This document shows positions 60,966-64,000 of a DNA stretch of 64,000 nt, piece after piece. The translations under genes and the position numbers were made by a program. Origin of the DNA: Pelomyxa schiedti (Eukaryota; Protista; Evosea); NCBI GenBank assembly GCA_020536535.1, contig JAHLWZ010000602.1:53998-117997 (forward strand), read 5' to 3'. The number at the start of each line of letters is the position of its first letter. The first letter of the stretch is position 1. The notes below the pieces were generated by a model. The model searched no databases. It had not been told where the DNA came from and saw only the letters and a program-made list of their open reading frames with translations.

Positions 60966-63752
60966 TTACGTGATCATGATGGCGTTGGCTGATCGGTGAT
61001 GGTGGTGGTGGTGATGATGTGTTGCTGCCTGGAAAGCCACAGCGCATCCTCCCCAGGCCCACTGGCCCACCCCCTGTGAGTCGGCAACAGGGGAGCACCA
61101 GGGTGCAGGCAAGGGAACCGAGTGGGCTCCCGGAACCTCTGCCCGCAACCCCGGGTCCCCACGGCCTACTGACACAAAGGGTGGGCTGGGGAGGAGTGCT
61201 GTGACCAACCAAACAGCCAAACACACACCACCACACCACCAAAGGTGCTCCACAGACAGTGCCAAACGGTTTGAATTGCCGCCGCAGAGGCCCAGCAGCA
61301 AAAGAGAGAGAGCCACACATTCAACCACGTGCACACGACGGCACAGTGTCACTGCGGTCCTGCAAAGCCAACGATAAAGCCAGTGCCACCAAGTGAAGCA
61401 AAGCAAAGCCGTCAGAGCACCGGGACGGGGACCCGCAACAGGGGGATAATCGTCATCATCTTTAGTTGGCGCCACCGCCACCGCCACCAGCAACAGCAAC
61501 AGTGGCATCAAGGGCTTCGTTGATCGGCTTGCCATCCTGAAAATATGTGTAAGTGCAACAAGAAGTGAAAGGATGACAAGGCATCATTACCAGTTTTTGG
61601 ACTTGCCGTACTGTCTGTGGAATTGTACTTTCCAAAGGCTTAGGAACCAACAACGGTGTTGTAGAACTCGCACTCGTGCTCGTGCTCGTTCGAGGTGCAA
61701 GGGTGGCGGCTGATGTGGTTTGTATTGGGGTCCCTTGCGGAGCTGCTGGTCGTGATACGAAATGGATTATTCTCCTAACCCTCTTGTTGGCTGGGGGTGC
61801 TGCTGATGGTGGTGGTGGTTCCACTGCCGCCGCTCGAACAGGTGCTCCTGGTGTAGTTGTTGCTGTTGGGGGGGTTGTTGATGATGCCACCGATGGGGGA
61901 AACAGGGGTGCTGTGGGTGATTTCGGTGGAATCGGTTGGAGTGCTGGGTGTGCTGGTGTCGTTGTTGTGGGTGCCGGTGCTCCCAATGATGTCTTCTTGT
62001 CTTCGGGTCTGATTGGGGTTGTTGGCATTCCGGCCCTTGAGGTCGAAATGGGTGAGACTTTGGGCGGAATTACTGCTGCACCACAGGCTTGAATGTTGGA
62101 TGTGCTGGTGGTTGGCGCGGGTGCCGGCGACGGCGTTGTGCCGGCTCCTGTAACCACCGTCACTCCTCCAACTGATGGTGACGACTGTGCTGAAGATGAC
62201 ACCTGTTGCACATTGCTGGCGCTGATTGCTGTTGGCGTTGGCGTTGCCCTTGCTGCAGCTGGAACCGGTGTTGTCAGCTGTGTTGATGTAGATGGGGATG
62301 GGGACGAAAACGATGAGGGCGAGGGCGAGGGCGAGGGCGAGGAACGACAATTCACGCCACTGTTATGTGCGCCAGCAGCAGATCTGCGCCTGTTTGACCC
62401 GAATCTAGAGGCAGGCAGTGAGAATTCATCACAAAACAGTGCATGACGCCTCCTCCAGTCGAATACCGAAGCAGCCATTGCTATTTCCACGCGAAACAGC
62501 AGCACGTGACTTCCCTCGGGTGTTGTTGGTGGAGATGGTTCATCGGGATTGTATGGGGGTATTATAAGATGGTCTTGGTCTCGGTCTTGCTGATGAGGAT
62601 GATGGTAACTTCTCTCGGAAGATGATGACCGTTGAAATGGAATCAGAGCCAGTTGGTGGTGCTGTTGTTCATCGGGATTATTGTGGAGAGGTCGAAGGAC
62701 TGAAAGGAAATGTTGGATAACCGCGGCAGCCATGCGCCCAATGCAATGGAACTTGAAGAACCAGGAAGAGGTCATCGTGTGCATTGCAGCGCCCACGTCC
62801 GCTCGTACATCCAACGCATTGGACTTCCGCACATCGGAGCAAACAGAAGAAATCCACGATGATAGCAGCGAAATATAAGCTCGTCCAAGGTGGTACATAT
62901 CCACAAGCTCCATTGCCGCGAGATACACGACGTATCCCGTGCCGACGATCAGAAGGAAGGTCACCAAGAAAGCACAAGGAACAAGAAGAGTCAGGCATGT
63001 GACCAGCGACTCAACCATGCGCCCAACGTCCCACAATACCTCCTTCAGGTCAAACCACCGCCAAGAGCATCGTGACCACCACCGTGACGATGATGCCGAT
63101 GAGTCGTTGCTGTAGTAAGTGGAGGTACTATGCCAGTTCTCGTCAGCAAGCCCCAAGTGGCTGAGTGCGTTCTGTAGCAACGTCTCCCAAATTTCCGTGC
63201 GCCACTCTTCGAAGTCGGCGCTGTCTTCCCTCCCAACTGCAATTTGTGACATTGCAAGTGTTGAGGAGTGGGCGGACCTGGTCAACTCCTCGACAAACAT
63301 GGCCCAGTCCTGTGTTTGTTGTTAGCTGTGTAATGAGGTGTATCCATTTTCCATGATAGACCAAAATCAAAACAACAACACGCAAGACCACAAGATAGAG
63401 GAAGAAGAAATCCAAGTTGTTTACTTATTAGTAGAAACACACAAACAAAAAAACGCAAGAAGAAATTTAATACCGCAACGGCCGAGTGACTCCTTCTGAA
63501 GAAGGGCAGATCAACCGCAGGCCTCATGGATTTAATGACTCCGAACCGACTGTGTGGTGTCGAAAAAAAAATCGTAAGAAAAAAAGAACAAATGGGCACT
63601 ACGACAAACCTTGCGGCTCCGAAGACGAGGAACATCGAGGCCATCACAACCCACCACGACACCGCGTAAATTGCAAGTTTCAACGCCACGTAAACGGCGA
63701 CTCGTAAAACCGCCTCGTTCAACAACCACTGCATCATTGCTGTTGTTTGCAT
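60966..63752 (-). CDS. Hypothetical membrane protein with a long Pro/Thr/Ser-rich region
   Basis: 612-aa ORF 61462-63300 plus flanking hydrophobic exons (63282-63752 and 60966-61535). Confidence 0.55.
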
Positions 63753-64000
63753 GTGAAGGCGATGATATTGTTTATTGACTGTTGTATTGTTGCGATCTCA
63801 CGCGAACCAAAATGTAGAAAAAAATGAGCGAAATGCCAAACCGCAGGCTTATTAACACAGAAAATACAATTCGTACGAATTTTGCAACTGGACCGTTGTT
63901 TACGTCACTCCCCTGCACAGTTGTAAGGTGGAATGAAATTTCACAAAATCTAAAGATCTAAATAAGCTCAAACACAAAAAGAGATTGGAAGGAGCCAAAC

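Noticed and set aside
1-64000. tRNA, rRNA, CRISPR arrays, transposase or reverse transcriptase genes
   Set aside because: None was recognisable by eye. The CCHC knuckle belongs to the RdRP ORF and has no gag/pol context.

Overview
This window is gene-dense, intron-rich eukaryotic DNA. It has very short introns (about 35-70 nt, mostly GT-AG) and intergenic spacers of about 50-700 nt. Gene content, GC-rich 5' exons and protein families resemble an amoebozoan, probably an anaerobic archamoeba such as Pelomyxa (inference). I reconstructed about 31 protein-coding genes by joining exons by eye. Conserved genes: cytosolic IleRS, PP2A scaffold A, transaldolase, YIF1, a CRIB/STE20 kinase, a class I phosphodiesterase, a Med28-like protein, and G-patch, SEL1 and GRAM proteins. 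Prokaryote-like enzymes: dCTP deaminase, a TM1586-type nitroreductase, a PfkB kinase, a vWA protein, M14 and M28 peptidases, a NOL-like SDR and an HxxxDG acyltransferase. Highlights: (1) a QDE-1-like RNA-dependent RNA polymerase fused to a CCHC zinc knuckle, with its GGDYDGD motif on a 24-nt micro-exon; (2) an uncharacterised Pol-beta-like nucleotidyltransferase; (3) a DSP-CBM20 phosphatase with laforin's domain order reversed; (4) a receptor-like two-TM phosphodiesterase; (5) a box C/D snoRNA resembling U16/snR87; (6) a 160-bp MITE-like hairpin. Two 100-N gaps are each flanked by a 121-nt duplication, which is an assembly artefact. Exon boundaries are manual predictions and no database searches were run.
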